Below, piece by piece: positions 42,988 to 56,865 of a stretch of 64,000 nucleotides of DNA (the first letter of the stretch is position 1; the number at the start of each line of letters is the position of its first letter). Position numbers and translations under genes: made by a program. The stretch is from Eledone cirrhosa. Its lineage: Eukaryota. The notes beneath the pieces are model-generated. The model had not been told where the DNA came from. It searched no databases and saw only the letters and a list, made by a program, of their open reading frames with translations. Location: the NCBI GenBank assembly GCA_964016885.1, contig OZ024740.1, forward strand, positions 309,442,001 through 309,506,000. Reading direction: 5' to 3'.

Positions 42988-43197
42988 TAATGGTTTCTTA
43001 TTTAGGCACAATGCCAGCAATTTGAGAGGAGGGGAAAGTCGATTAAATCGACCCCAGTGCGTGACTGGTACTTTATTTTATCCATCCCGTAAGGATGAAA
43101 GGCAAAGTTAACCTCGGCGGAATTTGAACTCAGATCACAAAGGGCCGTAACTCTATGCCTCAAAGCATGGCGTCCGACCTTCTACCGATACTGCCAA
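42988..43197 (-). mobile_element. tRNA-derived SINE (major family, long variant)
   Basis: Same consensus. Confidence 0.85.
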
Positions 43198-43529
43198 GAT
43201 GTTGATGACAATGACGACAAAATCAACGACGTGCAGAAGAAGAAGAAGAAGAAGAAGAAGAAGAAGAAGAATGGAGATGGGGAGGAGGGATTAGATTATA
43301 TCATAATATAATTATTTATTGTGAATAGAAGAGAAAAATATCACCAAAGGCGTCTTTCTTTCGATACCTAGTTTAGTAAATGTTCATGTGACGTTGTAGC
43401 ATGTCGCATTCTTTTTCAATTTTCTGATCAATTGCGATGAAACAATTCGCGCTTGTCTTGTGAATTAGAAAAAAAGTTACATTTCTATATTTCTTATAAT
43501 ATCAAGATAATTTCATGAATTCAGTTACA

Positions 43530-43608
<79 letters not shown>

Positions 43609-43624
43609 GCTGCTGCTTCTGTTG

Positions 43625-43670
<46 letters not shown>

Positions 43671-43671
43671 C

Positions 43672-43732
<61 letters not shown>

Positions 43733-43750
43733 ATACTACTACTACTACTA
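43530..43750. repeat. Compound trinucleotide microsatellite (TAC/TGC/CAC)n
   Basis: Direct reading; representative of many (TA)n, (CA)n, (GA)n, (ATGT)n and trinucleotide tracts in the window. Confidence 0.95.
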
Positions 43751-46054
43751 ACGGTCGTTAGAATTCACTACTCAAACAAAATCAAGCCCGGTCTTGATCA
43801 AAATAGGGAGTGGTCGGAATCAATGCAATCAGTCCAATGACAACTGCAGGGTATGATTAACAATGGCAGTCGAGAGTGAATGATTGGAGCCAATGAAGTC
43901 GGGTCCAATATGTCACCGAGATCATATAGTCGGAGAGAATGTAGTCGGGCTACCGCGACCAAGAGAGCACGAAACCTGCTCGAATGTAAGAAAAGTTCAC
44001 TTGATGAGAGCTCTAATAACGGCTAAGACGTTATAAAATTATTCATATTATCCGGCCTGAAATTCCTCTAGAGTCTAGAGGAATTGATATCCACTGTACT
44101 CGTTGACGCCTGGAATCGTTTCCAAGTCTTATCTGTACATATACGTCTCTAAACTTCTTTAGAGTGTGATGGTTGACTATTCATCGCCCACAAGGTCTAT
44201 TTAGTAGAGGATAGTAAGCACGTGGTCATATTTCTAACCTTGATGTCCACTTGAACGAGATAAGTTGCAGAGTAATCAGATAGTGAAAGACACACCCTCC
44301 AAAATGTTGTATCGCATTATATGCGCCAATAAAATATAGGTCTGAAGCTAGCAAGATACGGACGTGTGGAAACTGAGAAAAAGACGATGGCTGTTATGTG
44401 TTCATGGAGGGTCACGACATTGATTTTCAAGTTCAAATCCTCTCAATCCGCGTTGATATTTTCTAACTGTGCTCCATCGTTGATGACGAAACAAAACCTG
44501 TGAAAACTGCTGAATGACATGAACACCTACCATCCCGTTTGTGGAACAAAAGGCACACGAGAACATTTTGATATGTGAAGCGGAGAAAATATAGAACAAA
44601 AGAGGGCGACGAGGATCAGTAACAGGTCTTGGACATTGATGTTCCGATAAAACAGCAGGTTGAAACTCCAGAAATGCTTGAGGAAATTGCCTTTTCCTCA
44701 GTTCCAGAATCAGATGATGCCAATACAGGACTCCACAGCCTTACACTCACGAATTTAAACGAGAGCAAAAAGTAGCAGATTATGAATAGCAGGATATAAA
44801 CGGTAGGATGATGCGAAGAAACAATAAAATTGGAAGAAGAAACAAAAGATCAAGTAGAGAAAGAAAGAAAATTGTGTTAAACACAGGAACTCCTCACTAT
44901 GCTGGGCTACATTAACTTCATCGCCGTGAGATTAAGCAATATTTCATACAGATCAGAGCTGAGCCTCCATAAAACCAACAAGGATGAAGATGTACAATTT
45001 GAATGGAGGAAGTTACGCTGATATACAGAATAGAGGAAAACAGTTAGCGTTGACTACACAAATATTTGACCAATAATATCAAACAAAAACACTCTTGTTG
45101 ACATGCCCAATCTCAAAAAACTACTCACAAGCACCTTTGCATACTCTGAGGCGAACAGAAAGAACCCAAGCCAGTGTGTGTGAAGGAATATTGTTTCGTT
45201 CACATCGTATTATAATCAATGATTACATGAACGACTAAGAAAGAACTGATAAGAGGCTTAAAGGATCAAAAAAATTGCTTTGAATAAAGTTAATTGAAGA
45301 ATGGCAAAGTAATTGTCTCCGATAATGCAAACGAAAGACACGAAATACAAAGAACTTTATGTAAACCAGCAGAAGAATCTCGAACTTTTTTTTAGCTACT
45401 TCGAACCTCAAACTACCCCGACGGACTTAGGAACGAAAAATTCAATGGATTAAGAAACTAGAAATAAGTATGGCAGAATGGTGTATTTAGTATCATAGAC
45501 ATCATGCGTGTTTCGGGGGATTACCTAGTCTAAGTTTCACATTTTATCTAAATTATAGAATGTTACTTGCGTGTTACATGTAATTTTATATATTTGTGTT
45601 TTTAAATTATATCCAATTTTTAGTATGTACAAGTAAAACCTTCTTACTCAACCCTCATTTTTATATAATTTTGTCTTGTACATCCTTACATTATTCGTCG
45701 CGCCAATGTTCAACATTATATTTGTATCCTGCTCTGATTTGTTGTGGTTAATAACATAAATTATTCCTATTTTAAATTGCAAGGGCGGTGGATTGGCAGA
45801 ATCGGTAGAGCGTCGGACACAATGCTTTTCTGCATTTTTTTTACGTTCCTTTACGCCCCATTACGTTCTGAGTTAAAATCCAGCCGCGCAGCGATTTTCG
45901 ACTTTCTCTTAACCCCAAACATTTTGGCATTGTACCTAAATCAGAAATCATTATTATATAATTTCTCATAAAAACCGACTTTAAAATTTTATTTTCCTGT
46001 TTTCCTTGTAATAACATATCACACCATACGTCATTCTACATCAACTATGGTTTA

Positions 46055-46237
46055 ATAATTGTTTCTACTTTAGGCACAAGGCCAGCAATCACCCAGTGCA
46101 TTACTGGTACTTTATTTTATCGACCCCGTAAGGATGAAAGGCAAAGTCAACCTCGGCGGGATTTGAACTCAGATCATAAAGGGACGTAACTATGCTGGAA
46201 AGCATGGCGTCCGACCCTCTACCGATACTCCCAATCC
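46055..46237 (-). mobile_element. tRNA-derived SINE (major family)
   Basis: Same consensus; CTATGGTTTAATAAT direct repeats flank it. Confidence 0.85.
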
Positions 46238-46982
46238 CTATGGTTTAATAATGCTATAATATATTGCGTTCACTGGAGAATTATTCACACACTAAGAAAT
46301 TCTTATGTAAAACAAGATCCAGAGCTTAACTTAATGCAGAGTTAATGCATCGATTTAATGCAACGAATTATATGACAACCTTATATGACAGAAAAAGTAA
46401 ATTACACCCCACCTCTAAAAAAGGAAATTTACACTTGTTTAATTTATCAGTATTACATCTGTCAATACTATTCGATTCTGTGTATTCTCATCAATTAAAT
46501 AAGTGTAGAATTCTTGTTGATGCTATATTACAGATTGCACGAGAGAAATATCAAAAGATATCAAAAGAAACAGAATATAAAATGACATCTATAACATTAC
46601 ATTTACATAAAGAATGACTACGCAGTTATAAGGTCTTGAAAGCTAGAACATATATTAAGTATCTAATAGAAATAAAAATAAACATAAACCAGAGAGAAAA
46701 GCATACGTTTTCCTGTTGTAAAATCATTTCCCATTACTGGAAACATGACAACATTCAAGTCATAAATATTCTACAACATTACACAATTCTACCTTCAATG
46801 ACAATTGCGGTGACCATTAAATGGTAACCAGTAAAAAACAAAATTTCAGATCGTATTTATTTCCATTTGTCCTTTCATCACTAGTTCCATTGGAAAATGC
46901 ATCAACGTCACAACTTGCATTTCACAGGAGGTTAATAACGCTTATCAGTTATTGTTAATGATGGAGACGATGACGAGAAAAA

Positions 46983-47014
<32 letters not shown>

Positions 47015-47299
47015 GATGATGATGGTGATGGTGACGATGATGATGATGATGATGACGATGCCGGTGGTGGTGGTTGTGATTGTGGTAGTGAGGGGTTGCG
47101 TTTGTGATAATGGTGGTGCTTGTGCTGGCATAATGAGGATGATTATGAAGAGGAAAAAGAGGGGAGGAGAAGGAGGAATACTGACCATTATATGACTTGG
47201 TTTGGAAGGTCTTATAAATGTTCTTTGCAGGCTTTTCGAGAACGGAGAGATCGATACCGTTGGTAATTAGCTTAATGAAATGTTGTAGTTCCACTCTTT

Positions 47300-48330
47300 T
47301 AGAAACGTCTAGGAGAAAGAGGTATTACAGGAGTACTGACTTTCGTGGTAGGAAGAACTGGGCATAGAAGTTAGTAGGATGCCTTGTTGTTTGGACACAA
47401 CACGGGGGAAGAATACGTATGTAGTGTTTAAGCAGAGTTGACATGAGACCAGCAAACTCTGAGGATCGGAGACAATTCTAGAAATAATATAAGACAAAGT
47501 GAGAGAAGTCAGTACATCAGTGTGAGAGGTCTGTACATACTCAATTATGGACCTCCCTCGAGCTTGTAATAGGTCATTATTTATTAGGGCTGATGAATTT
47601 CCTTGCGAAACGAAAGTCTAAATTTGGGAGGTGGTCATATGCTTAGAATGTGTCTTTTCTATGAGAGATCCTCTCTGATCGTGGAGCCTAGCATTTGGAG
47701 ACATCACAAGGCCTCTAGCCATGTGCTATTCATGATTAATAAACTTGAAGTGCGATAATTTCCATTTCTCTTTTCGTGAATCAATGGATGATTGATGTGA
47801 GTTGCCAAGATTGGATTTGTGTAACACTTAGCAGGAGAAAGGTATTGATGAATGAAGTGTGGTACCATCTGTAGAAGAGTAATCATTGTTCGACGTAATG
47901 GCTAGTAGGTTTTTGATGTAGAAAAGGAATAGTATGAGGATATAAGAGAACCTTAAGCCATACAAGAGTTGATAGAGTGTGTACTAGAGAGTGCGCTGTC
48001 AGTAAACACTGCGATAATTTGATCTGAGAGGAGAATACCGATCCAAGATCTAACAGACTGATGATTCTAATAGGTGGGCAGTTTCTTAGTAGAAATTTGC
48101 TTGCCAGGCACGGCTGAATGATTAGCTAATGTCATCTAATATCGAGGGCAACAGTATTATTTTCACAAAATCTTCCCAAGACAAGAACCAGCTGATAAGT
48201 GATATAGGAGAACAGGTTTGCAGTGGATCTGAATTTATAGAAACCATACTGATGATCCCTAAGACAAGAAAAACATTGAATGCGCTGGAAAATATCATTG
48301 TTAATGGCTCTGTCCATTGCCATTGATATA
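47300..48330 (-). mobile_element. Decayed CR1/Jockey-like LINE RT region
   Basis: DHQYGF..RSTANL and VALDI fragments. Confidence 0.5.
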
Positions 48331-48925
48331 CTGGAAATCAGTGCAATAGAATGAGAATTAGTTGGGGCATTGTGAACAGTTACACACAGATACACAGATA
48401 TAAATACACACATTTACATACTCTTTTACCTGTTCCAGCCATCCGGATGTTTGAGAATGGGATTCTTTACCCCTTCCACTTCCTCTCTGTAACATAACGA
48501 CAACTATACCTCTTATACCAATACGAATATATTTTTAATAATGTACAATGGATAATAAAAATAAGGACATTAAACTGATTAGAAGAGAGAGATGAGATAA
48601 TGTAATTTCTATCCAACTCATCTGTTTTGTAGTAACTATTCTAAAGCTAGATTGTTGTATAAAGAATAGAGAAAAAACACAGCCACAATTATAATTATAA
48701 AAACGTCGATGATGACGATAATTATACTCATGGTGATTATCATAATGGTGACTATTATAATGATGGTGAAGGGAGGAGTGATATGGACAATATAACAGAT
48801 TATTTTATTTTTATACTGAAGCTGGAGGCTGGCTTCCCATTTATAAAATTCTAATGCAAGTATTTTATATTTCTTATTTCTGTAGCCGTTTTTGTTGTAT
48901 ACGGGCTAATATTATCCTGATAATT

Positions 48926-49108
48926 GGTGGATTGGCAGTATCGGTAGAGAGTCGGACGCCATGCTTTGCAGCAAAGAGTTACGATCCTTGCCATTCTGAG
49001 TTCAAATCCCGCCGAGGTTAACTTTGCCTTTCATCCTTACGGGTCGATAAAAGAAAATACCAGTAATACACTGGGATAATTGCTGGCCTTGTGCCAAAAG
49101 TAGAAACA
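48926..49108 (+). mobile_element. tRNA-derived SINE (major family)
   Basis: Same consensus; AATATTATCCTGAT direct repeats flank it. Confidence 0.85.
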
Positions 49109-49636
49109 AATATTATCCTGATTAAGTCGGTGATAGCAAATAAGACAGAAAAAGTGCCAGTAATCGCTTATTTATTTTAAATAAAATAGACTAATGGTAG
49201 TTCACTCACAAGCATGGTCACGAACGACGCATTAATACTCATATTAAATCGCATACACATATATATTCACATATACACATGGTGCCACAATCATAAACAA
49301 AAGTATGATCAATAATAGAGCTTGTTGCAAATAGTAGTTTGATATTCCTGATATGATGCCATGCAAAGTTAGAAGAAGGAACAATTAGGTATTGTGATCC
49401 CAGACACACTATGTTTGTGCATGTTTGATCATAAGTCTTCTCAATTTCAGTTGTGATAGGACTAAACTACAATACATAAAACATGTCCATATATATATCA
49501 GATGTGAGAAAAACCACAAACCCTCCATCGCAATTCTACTTTTGAAAAGCAGAACTGCGAAACCGGTAAAGGAACTAAATAAATATATATTTTTATAAAA
49601 AAAGACTCCAGTTGCATTTTCGATTTCATCTTTTTT

Positions 49637-49670
<34 letters not shown>

Positions 49671-49676
<6 letters not shown>

Positions 49677-50580
49677 TAATATGTAAGTGATGAAACACAG
49701 ATACCAACACATCTGTATATATATTGCAAAAGAAAAATTTAGCCAGATTGAAGTATACTAATTATTATACTACAGTTTGTCCATATCGATTTAGAATAAT
49801 AAATCAACGGAGACGAACTGTATTGCCAAAAGGCCGTGATGTTTAGACACATTTAAATTTCAAAATCAAACCTGTTCCGTAGATAAGTTTAGACTTTAAG
49901 ATCCAATTTGTATACTTCAATCTGGCTAAATTTTTCTTTTGCAATATATATACAGATGTGTTGGTATCTGTGTTTCATCACTTACATATTAATTTATACA
50001 CTGCTCAGGGGATATTTTTCCTCATTCGAGCTGATTCCATTGTAAAAGAATTCATTACCTTATTAATTTTAACTGCTCCTAGTTTGAGCTGCAAACCGCC
50101 TCATATATACGACTGTTATTTCTAGCAGTACGGTTATGAGACTAGTTAGATACTGTAAAGCCATGTGCGTCACGCAGTCTTTTAAATTATTTAGAAGTGA
50201 AGCATATCAATTTGTCTCTGGATGTTTACTGAGGAGAGCGGGACATGATATTCCTACACTTATTTAACTCGAAACATATTTGGATCTTAAAGTCTAAACT
50301 TATCTACGGAACAGGTTTGATTTTGAAATTTAAATGTGTCTAAACATCACGGCCTTTTGGCAATACAGTTCGTCTCCGTTGATTTATTATTTTAAATCGA
50401 TATGGACAAACTGTAGTATAATAATTAGTATACTTCAATCTGGCTAAATTTTTCTTTTGCAATATATATACAGATGTGTTGGTATCTGTGTTTCATCACT
50501 TACATATTAATTTATACACTGCTCAGGGGATATTTTTCCTCATTCGAGCTGATTCCATTGTAAAAGAATTCATTACCTTA

Positions 50581-50585
<5 letters not shown>
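49671..50585 (+). mobile_element. Terminally redundant 518-nt monomer (158-bp direct repeats) preceded by an inverted segment of about 235 bp, in (TA)n
   Basis: 49910-50067 equals 50428-50585. 49671-49906 is the reverse complement of about 50280-50515. Confidence 0.85.
50221..50348 (+). ncRNA. Type-I hammerhead ribozyme motif with full stem III and large loop 3
   Basis: GATGTTTA-CTGAGGA-GAG...CTC-GAAA-CATATTT-(50 nt)-AAATGTG-TC-TAAACATC. Perfect 8-bp stem I; GUC triplet. Confidence 0.85.
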
Positions 50586-50671
<86 letters not shown>

Positions 50672-50672
<1 letters not shown>

Positions 50673-50993
50673 AAAAAATCGAAAAGAATGACTTCACTTG
50701 TAGTTATAAACAATTTGATTTAATTTTATATTATGATTTGGTAGATCTACCAAATAATAATATAAAATTAAATCAAATTGTTTAGAACTACAAGTGAAGT
50801 CATTCTTTTCCCTTTTTTTAAAAATACCTAACTGTACAAAGGATTTCACACATTCTCCAATGTCCTAATAACTTATTTTAGTTATTATCGCTCCAACGTG
50901 AGGTATATGATTTTTAATGCGATGAAATACCCATAATCGTTTGGTAAATCACTGATGAGGGACTGCAACCAGCAGTATTCTTCTCACCCATAT

Positions 50994-50998
<5 letters not shown>
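50672..50998. mobile_element. TA-flanked element beginning with a palindrome of about 145 bp (centre near 50745)
   Basis: GAAAAGAATGACTTCACTTGTAGTT...TTTGGTAGATCTACCAAA...AACTACAAGTGAAGTCATTCTTTTC. An isolated CTGATGAG lies near the right end. Confidence 0.6.
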
Positions 50999-51039
<41 letters not shown>

Positions 51040-51156
51040 TCTTTTTTTGAATTGAGTTTGAATTATCTTACGTTAACTATTTTCCCATTTTGACGCTATA
51101 GTCACTTATATATTATGAAATACTATGTGCTTCTTGCTCATAATAACTGCTATACT

Positions 51157-51197
<41 letters not shown>

Positions 51198-51787
51198 GAA
51201 GCGGCAGATATAAACAAGGATATAAGCTTATTTAATGAGATATGCAACACTTATATTTATATGTTTTATTTATCTATTTTGTAGTTGTTAATATTTATAT
51301 AGAGAAATAACATACCGTTTAGTCAACAATGATATATCAATGACAACAGGAGAGTGACAGTATACTCAGTGCTACACAGCGTCAATACACTCAAACCGCA
51401 ATATCATCTGCTTCTCTGTTTCTCCTTAGTCTTCATTAACATCTCAAAGGAATGGTTATGTTGTTACTTAGATCACATTAAATTATTCCGTTTTACAGTT
51501 CCGTGAACATAAACATTGTTTTGTCGGAGAATTGCTACTTAGAACGATGAACTTATCAGTTAGCTAAATGTTGGCTGAATCATTTCCCAAGTATTTAATA
51601 AATCAGACGACCGTGTATTTTAAAATTTCATTGACGTAATTCGAATGTTTAAATGGTAAATTAATCATATAATAGGACTTGTCTATGGTGGTAACTAATT
51701 GATTAAAAACACCTAGAGCTACTAAAGGAAATTTATAAGTGAGGGAGATACTTAACAAATTAATTTAAGTTTCAAGCCCACCTCATC

Positions 51788-51970
51788 ATAATTGTTTCTA
51801 CTTTTGGAACAAGGCCAGCAATTATCCCAGTGCATTACTGGTACTTTATTTTATCGACCCCGTAAGGATGAAAGGCAAAGTCAACCTCGGCGGGATTTGA
51901 ACTCAGATCCTAAAGGGCCGTAACTCTATGCTGCAAAGCATGGCGTCCGACCCTCTACCGATACTGCCAA
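51788..51970 (-). mobile_element. tRNA-derived SINE (major family); further partial copies at about 22150, 27250, 52061 and 58360
   Basis: Same consensus. Confidence 0.85.
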
Positions 51971-52292
51971 GCCCACCTAATCATAATGTGGGTAACTTAC
52001 AATGAATTCTTTGCTGAGAGATAGGGAAAGGTTTATTGTCGTTTAGAAACATCTCATTGAAATAATTGTTTCTACTTTAGGCACAAGGCCAGCAATTACC
52101 CAGTGCATTACTGGTAAATGTGTGCTTAATTTTAACATCTTTTGTTGTTGTAAATCTGATATAAAGCAGCAATGCCACCAAATGTGCCGGAGGATCTTAA
52201 TTCTATCCACATAGTAGCACACTCTCCTTGCTGCTGCTGTTACTACTACTACTACTACTACTGCTGCTGCTGCTCTGCTGCTGCTGCTGCTG

Positions 52293-52392
<100 letters not shown>

Positions 52393-53240
52393 TAGATTAA
52401 ATTTAATAATTTTTGCACAAGCTATTTAATACATGGCTTCAAGGAAGCCACCCGGCCTACTTCAAATTCCCCTCTACTATAGGAAGATTGTTTTAATATA
52501 TGAAAATGGCTCAAGTGACAAACCCCTATCTGGCGCTAGATAACAGCCACATAATCTTAAAATCGAACCATGCATTTTTAAATAAGAAGCTAATCTTAGA
52601 AATGATCACTGCTGGAATGTTATCGATCTTCTCTTTGCTCAACCATAGCATACTCTGTTCTAAAAGAAACTAAATATGAAATGAATAAAACTAGAAACAC
52701 AAAGCCTAACGTTATAATTGACCGGCAGTACAGATATCTATTTTAAAACATTTCGAACAAGAAACTAACTTCAAATGTTGTCAACGATGGTAACAATCAT
52801 AACAAATTATTGTAACGTACAATAGGTTATCAGAAAAAATGGTATAAGGAAGATAGCAACAATGAAATGAAACATTAGCTGTAGGTTTCATTATCTCTTC
52901 CAAGAGGCAGAATATTAGAAGAAATCAATTATAGTTGAGTTGAGATTTGACATGTCTAGACATAATAATTGAAAATTTGGTTCACACTGATTCAACGTTT
53001 TTCAATATTATCGTTTCTAAAGATCCGTGTTATTCTTGGAATTCGACTTTGTTTAATTTCTTAGTATTCATCGGTGTGAAAAAAACAAAACATAATTGAC
53101 AAAGTACAAGCTGCGAAAAATGTAAAAAAAATAAATTAAACGCTGTAAACCTCACGAAAGACATGAAAATAAAACGCAGACGTTCTAAATAACAAGGAAA
53201 GTAACCATAGTAAAGTCCTGTAGAAGCCTTTTATATTAAA

Positions 53241-54179
53241 CTAGCAGAATGGCCCGGCAGTGCTCGGGATTTGCTCTAGGGTTCTTATATATTTGATATA
53301 TATTTATCCTTATCGAGCCTCGTGAAATAAATACGTTTGTTTATATTTTGTTATTGTGTATGCCAAAATATCTGTACACGAATATATAATTATATATATA
53401 TATATATATTAAAATAACAGATTAAAGTTTAAGCAAAGAATCGCTGCTTTCACCCTTAACGGGATCTTCTGAAACTAAAAAAATCACTCTGTGAACGCAG
53501 AAGTAAATATTTCGAAATGTTTTTCTGTATGCAAAAATATCTGTCAGTGATGCATGTGATTATGTAATCGCCAGCCTTTTTTGTTTATATTTTGTGTTTG
53601 TGTATGCAAAAATATCTGTACACGAATATATATATTAAAATAACATATTAAAGTTTAAGCAAAGAATCGCTGCTTTCACCCTTAACGGGATTTTCTGAAA
53701 CTAAAAAAAAATCAATGTGTGAACGCAGATATAAATATTTCGAAAAACGTTGCAACCGAAGGAAAACAGGAAGACGATACTTTGGTTCGTGAAGACGTTC
53801 CCTGGCATAAGAATAAATATATATATATACACACACTATATATACATATATACACACACTATATATACATATATACACGCACACACGTCAAAATGACGTA
53901 ATGCAGATAGTCAGGCATACAGACAGATATTATAAGGGCACGACGTTATATCTATGTATCTATCTAAAAAGAGAAAGACTAAGAATTATAGAGAGAGATC
54001 GCTAAATCGCCTAATGCAGTCCCTAGGGCATTGAAAATTTGAAATTGTTTTGGCTCAAAACACTCACGGGACCATAAGTATTACATGTGTAAAGTTTGAA
54101 AAAACTCAGTTGGGTGGTTCTCGAGTTTTAGTGATTGTACAGACAGACAGACATACATTCTCTGTTTTAGTAATATAGA
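53241..54179 (-). mobile_element. Non-autonomous Helitron, copy 1
   Basis: Minus strand 5'-TCTATATTACTAAAA...(TCTG)n...CCCGAGCACTGCCGGG hairpin...CTAG-3', followed by T. Confidence 0.8.
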
Positions 54180-54557
54180 CTAGCAGAATGGCCCGGCGTT
54201 TCTCGGGATTTGCTCTAGGATTCTTATATATTTGATATATATTTATCCTTATCGAGCCTCGTGAAATCAATACGTTTGTTTATATTTTGTTATTGTGTAT
54301 GCAAAAATATCTGTACACGAATATATAATTATATATATATATGCATATATATATATATATATATATATAACAGTACAGAGAGGTACGGAATACCTCGACC
54401 TCGGAATGGTGTCTACATTTTGTGCTTATAAAAAAATTCGTCGTACATTACTAGGGTTTTTTTTACCGTACGAAGGAAATCAATACTTTATCGCGAAATA
54501 AATACTTTTGTTTATATTTTGTTATTGTGTATGCAAAAATATCTGTACACGAATAAA

Positions 54558-54607
<50 letters not shown>

Positions 54608-55075
54608 TAACAGATTAAAGTTTAATCAAAGAATCGTTGTTTTCACCCTTAACTGGATCTTCTAAAACTAAACTAAAAAAAATCAACCTGTGAACGCAGA
54701 AGTAAATATTTCGAAAAACGTTACACACACTATATATATATATATACACACACACTATATATACATATATACATATATACACACAATCACACAGCTACGT
54801 CATAATGTCATAATGCAGACATCCATGTGTACAGGGAGATATTATAAGGGCGCAACGTTATATCTATGTATCTATCTAAAAAGAGAAAGACTAAGAATTA
54901 TAGAGAGAGATCGCTAAATCGCCTAATGCAGTCCCTAGGGCATTGACCATTTGAAATTGCTCAAAACACTCACAGGACCATAAGTATTACATGTGTAAAG
55001 TTTGAAAAATATCGGTTGGGTGGTTCTCGAGTTTTAGTGATCGGACAGACAGACAGACAGACAGATAGATATTCT
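54180..55075 (-). mobile_element. Non-autonomous Helitron, copy 2 (head-to-tail with copy 1, extreme 5' end missing)
   Basis: Repeats the copy-1 sequence; the minus-strand junction is exactly CTAG|TC. Confidence 0.75.
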
Positions 55076-55084
55076 TCATAAATA

Positions 55085-55770
55085 TGGAATGATACGCGAT
55101 TGGGCCCCCGTCACAGCCCCAACGGATAGAATGGAGAAGGCGTTTCCCGGAGGACGGCAAGGGAGACGCGCTGGAAAAGCCACTCCAACTCGCGGCTGGC
55201 TAGCTCAGCGCCTATGGTGGTAAGTAGGGAGGTAGCCCTAGGGCCGAGGACACCAGAAGTCTCCACTGCCCAAAATCTATCCAACACAACTATTTTGCTA
55301 AACAGTGCTCCAGTCCTCGATTACCCGCCTTACACCACATCTCCTCAGGTTCCTACACGTAGCACATGCGACACCATCAACAGATGGAAGAGACAGTGAA
55401 ACTGTTCAGCGTGCGACGGTTTCCACCATCTCTCTTGCGTCAGGCTGACACGACGGGTCTCAAATGTGCACTCAACGTAGAGATGTAGTGGCTGCCTCTT
55501 CTCGCCTGCGCAGCTGCGGCTAACCACCACACCCTCAGACGATACAGCGTGCCGTCCTGACGCCCAACTCTAGTTGGTCAACATCGCTTGGCTAAAGAGA
55601 CTTCGGAAAATCCAGTCTGGGTGCCGTTGGTCGATGCCCTCGCATCCTCAGTCTGCAAAGCCCTGGACTCCGATCGATACAGCGATTGGGAGCGATAGTT
55701 TTATGCTCCATTCGCCCTCGGTCTCTCCGACAGTAGTGCCGATGGGGTGGTTATGTGTGCGAAGTCTTCC
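55085..55770. mobile_element. CRE-like 3' fragment (minus) joined to a GC-rich Cys/His-rich coding relic (plus)
   Basis: 55085-55270 matches 40795-41072. About 55360-55495 reads TCDT...CSACDGFHHLSCV...RCSGC with stops (PHD-finger-like). Confidence 0.5.
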
Positions 55771-56865
55771 ATCATTAATCCTTTTGATCAGAGTTGAAAT
55801 GGCGCTAAATGACAGCAAACAATTCTTTCTAGATAAAATAATTATTTCCTCTTACATCTATTTATGTCTTACATTTCATCAGTGGCATTTAGATTTCAAT
55901 TTTCTGAATTCGCTAATTATATTTATTATGTTATTTCTGTTTTTTAGTTGTGAATGAAATAAATAGAAAAACAAGTTTTAATATAATGTCTCACGTTTTA
56001 ATAATGACTATATGAGGAAAAACCGAGAATTTAATTCTGACTAGCTACAAGTGATTATGTATGTATGTATGTATGTATGTATGTATGTATGTATGTATGT
56101 ATGTATGTATGTATGTATGTATGTATGTATGTATGTATGTATGTATGTATGTATCTATGTACAAAGGGCGGTATGTATCTATGTACAAAGAACTCATAAG
56201 AGTCAACGACCAGCCAAAATTGTGTAAATATGTATATGCACATGTACATAGGTATGTATATGTGTATATACATGGGTGCATGTGTATGTATATGCGCGGG
56301 GACATAGAACTAGTCGGGCTGGACACCCGATCGCGCGGTTAAACCACCGGGAGTGAAGGACCCCCAGCCTTTGTCAGGGTATTCTTCTAGGAGAAGACAA
56401 CTCAGGAAACTGGGATAACACCGATATAAAACCTGCGGCTCAGTAGTTACCGATGATGTTGATCTTTTCTTCTTTTCGGGTTATAGCTACTGTCGCTCAG
56501 AGAGTGGGATTGGCTCAGTGCACAGTCTTTCCTCACTTTAAAAAATATCTTCACGCACAGGCATTGCACGATAGAATTAATTAATAATTATTAATAATGG
56601 TATATCGTGCAATGGCCATACTCGATGACGAGGGGCAGCCATCATTATGTATGTATGTATGTATGTATGTATGTATGTATGTATGTATGTATGTATGTAT
56701 GTATGTATGTATGTATGTATGTATGTATGTATGTATGTCGGCTCACTTTTGAGAGCTACTGGTAACATGTAACCCAGTGCAACCTGTCGCATGGTCGGGT
56801 CGTCGGCTACTAACCCCCCCCTCAAGTTTAATTCGTGAGGAGGGTGATTATATATATATATATAT

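Noticed and set aside
47586-47622. CTGATGA...GAAACGAAAGTC hammerhead-like string
   Set aside because: No stem II pairing, poor stem I, and it lies inside a decayed LINE; likely chance.
50948-50998. CTGATGAG core in a TA-flanked element
   Set aside because: No downstream GAAA/UH half before the TA tract; at best a truncated ribozyme.
56739-56815. Possible HDV-like ribozyme at the start of a LINE-like fragment
   Set aside because: Only partial P1/P3 pairing could be drawn; L3 and P1.1 do not fit the consensus.
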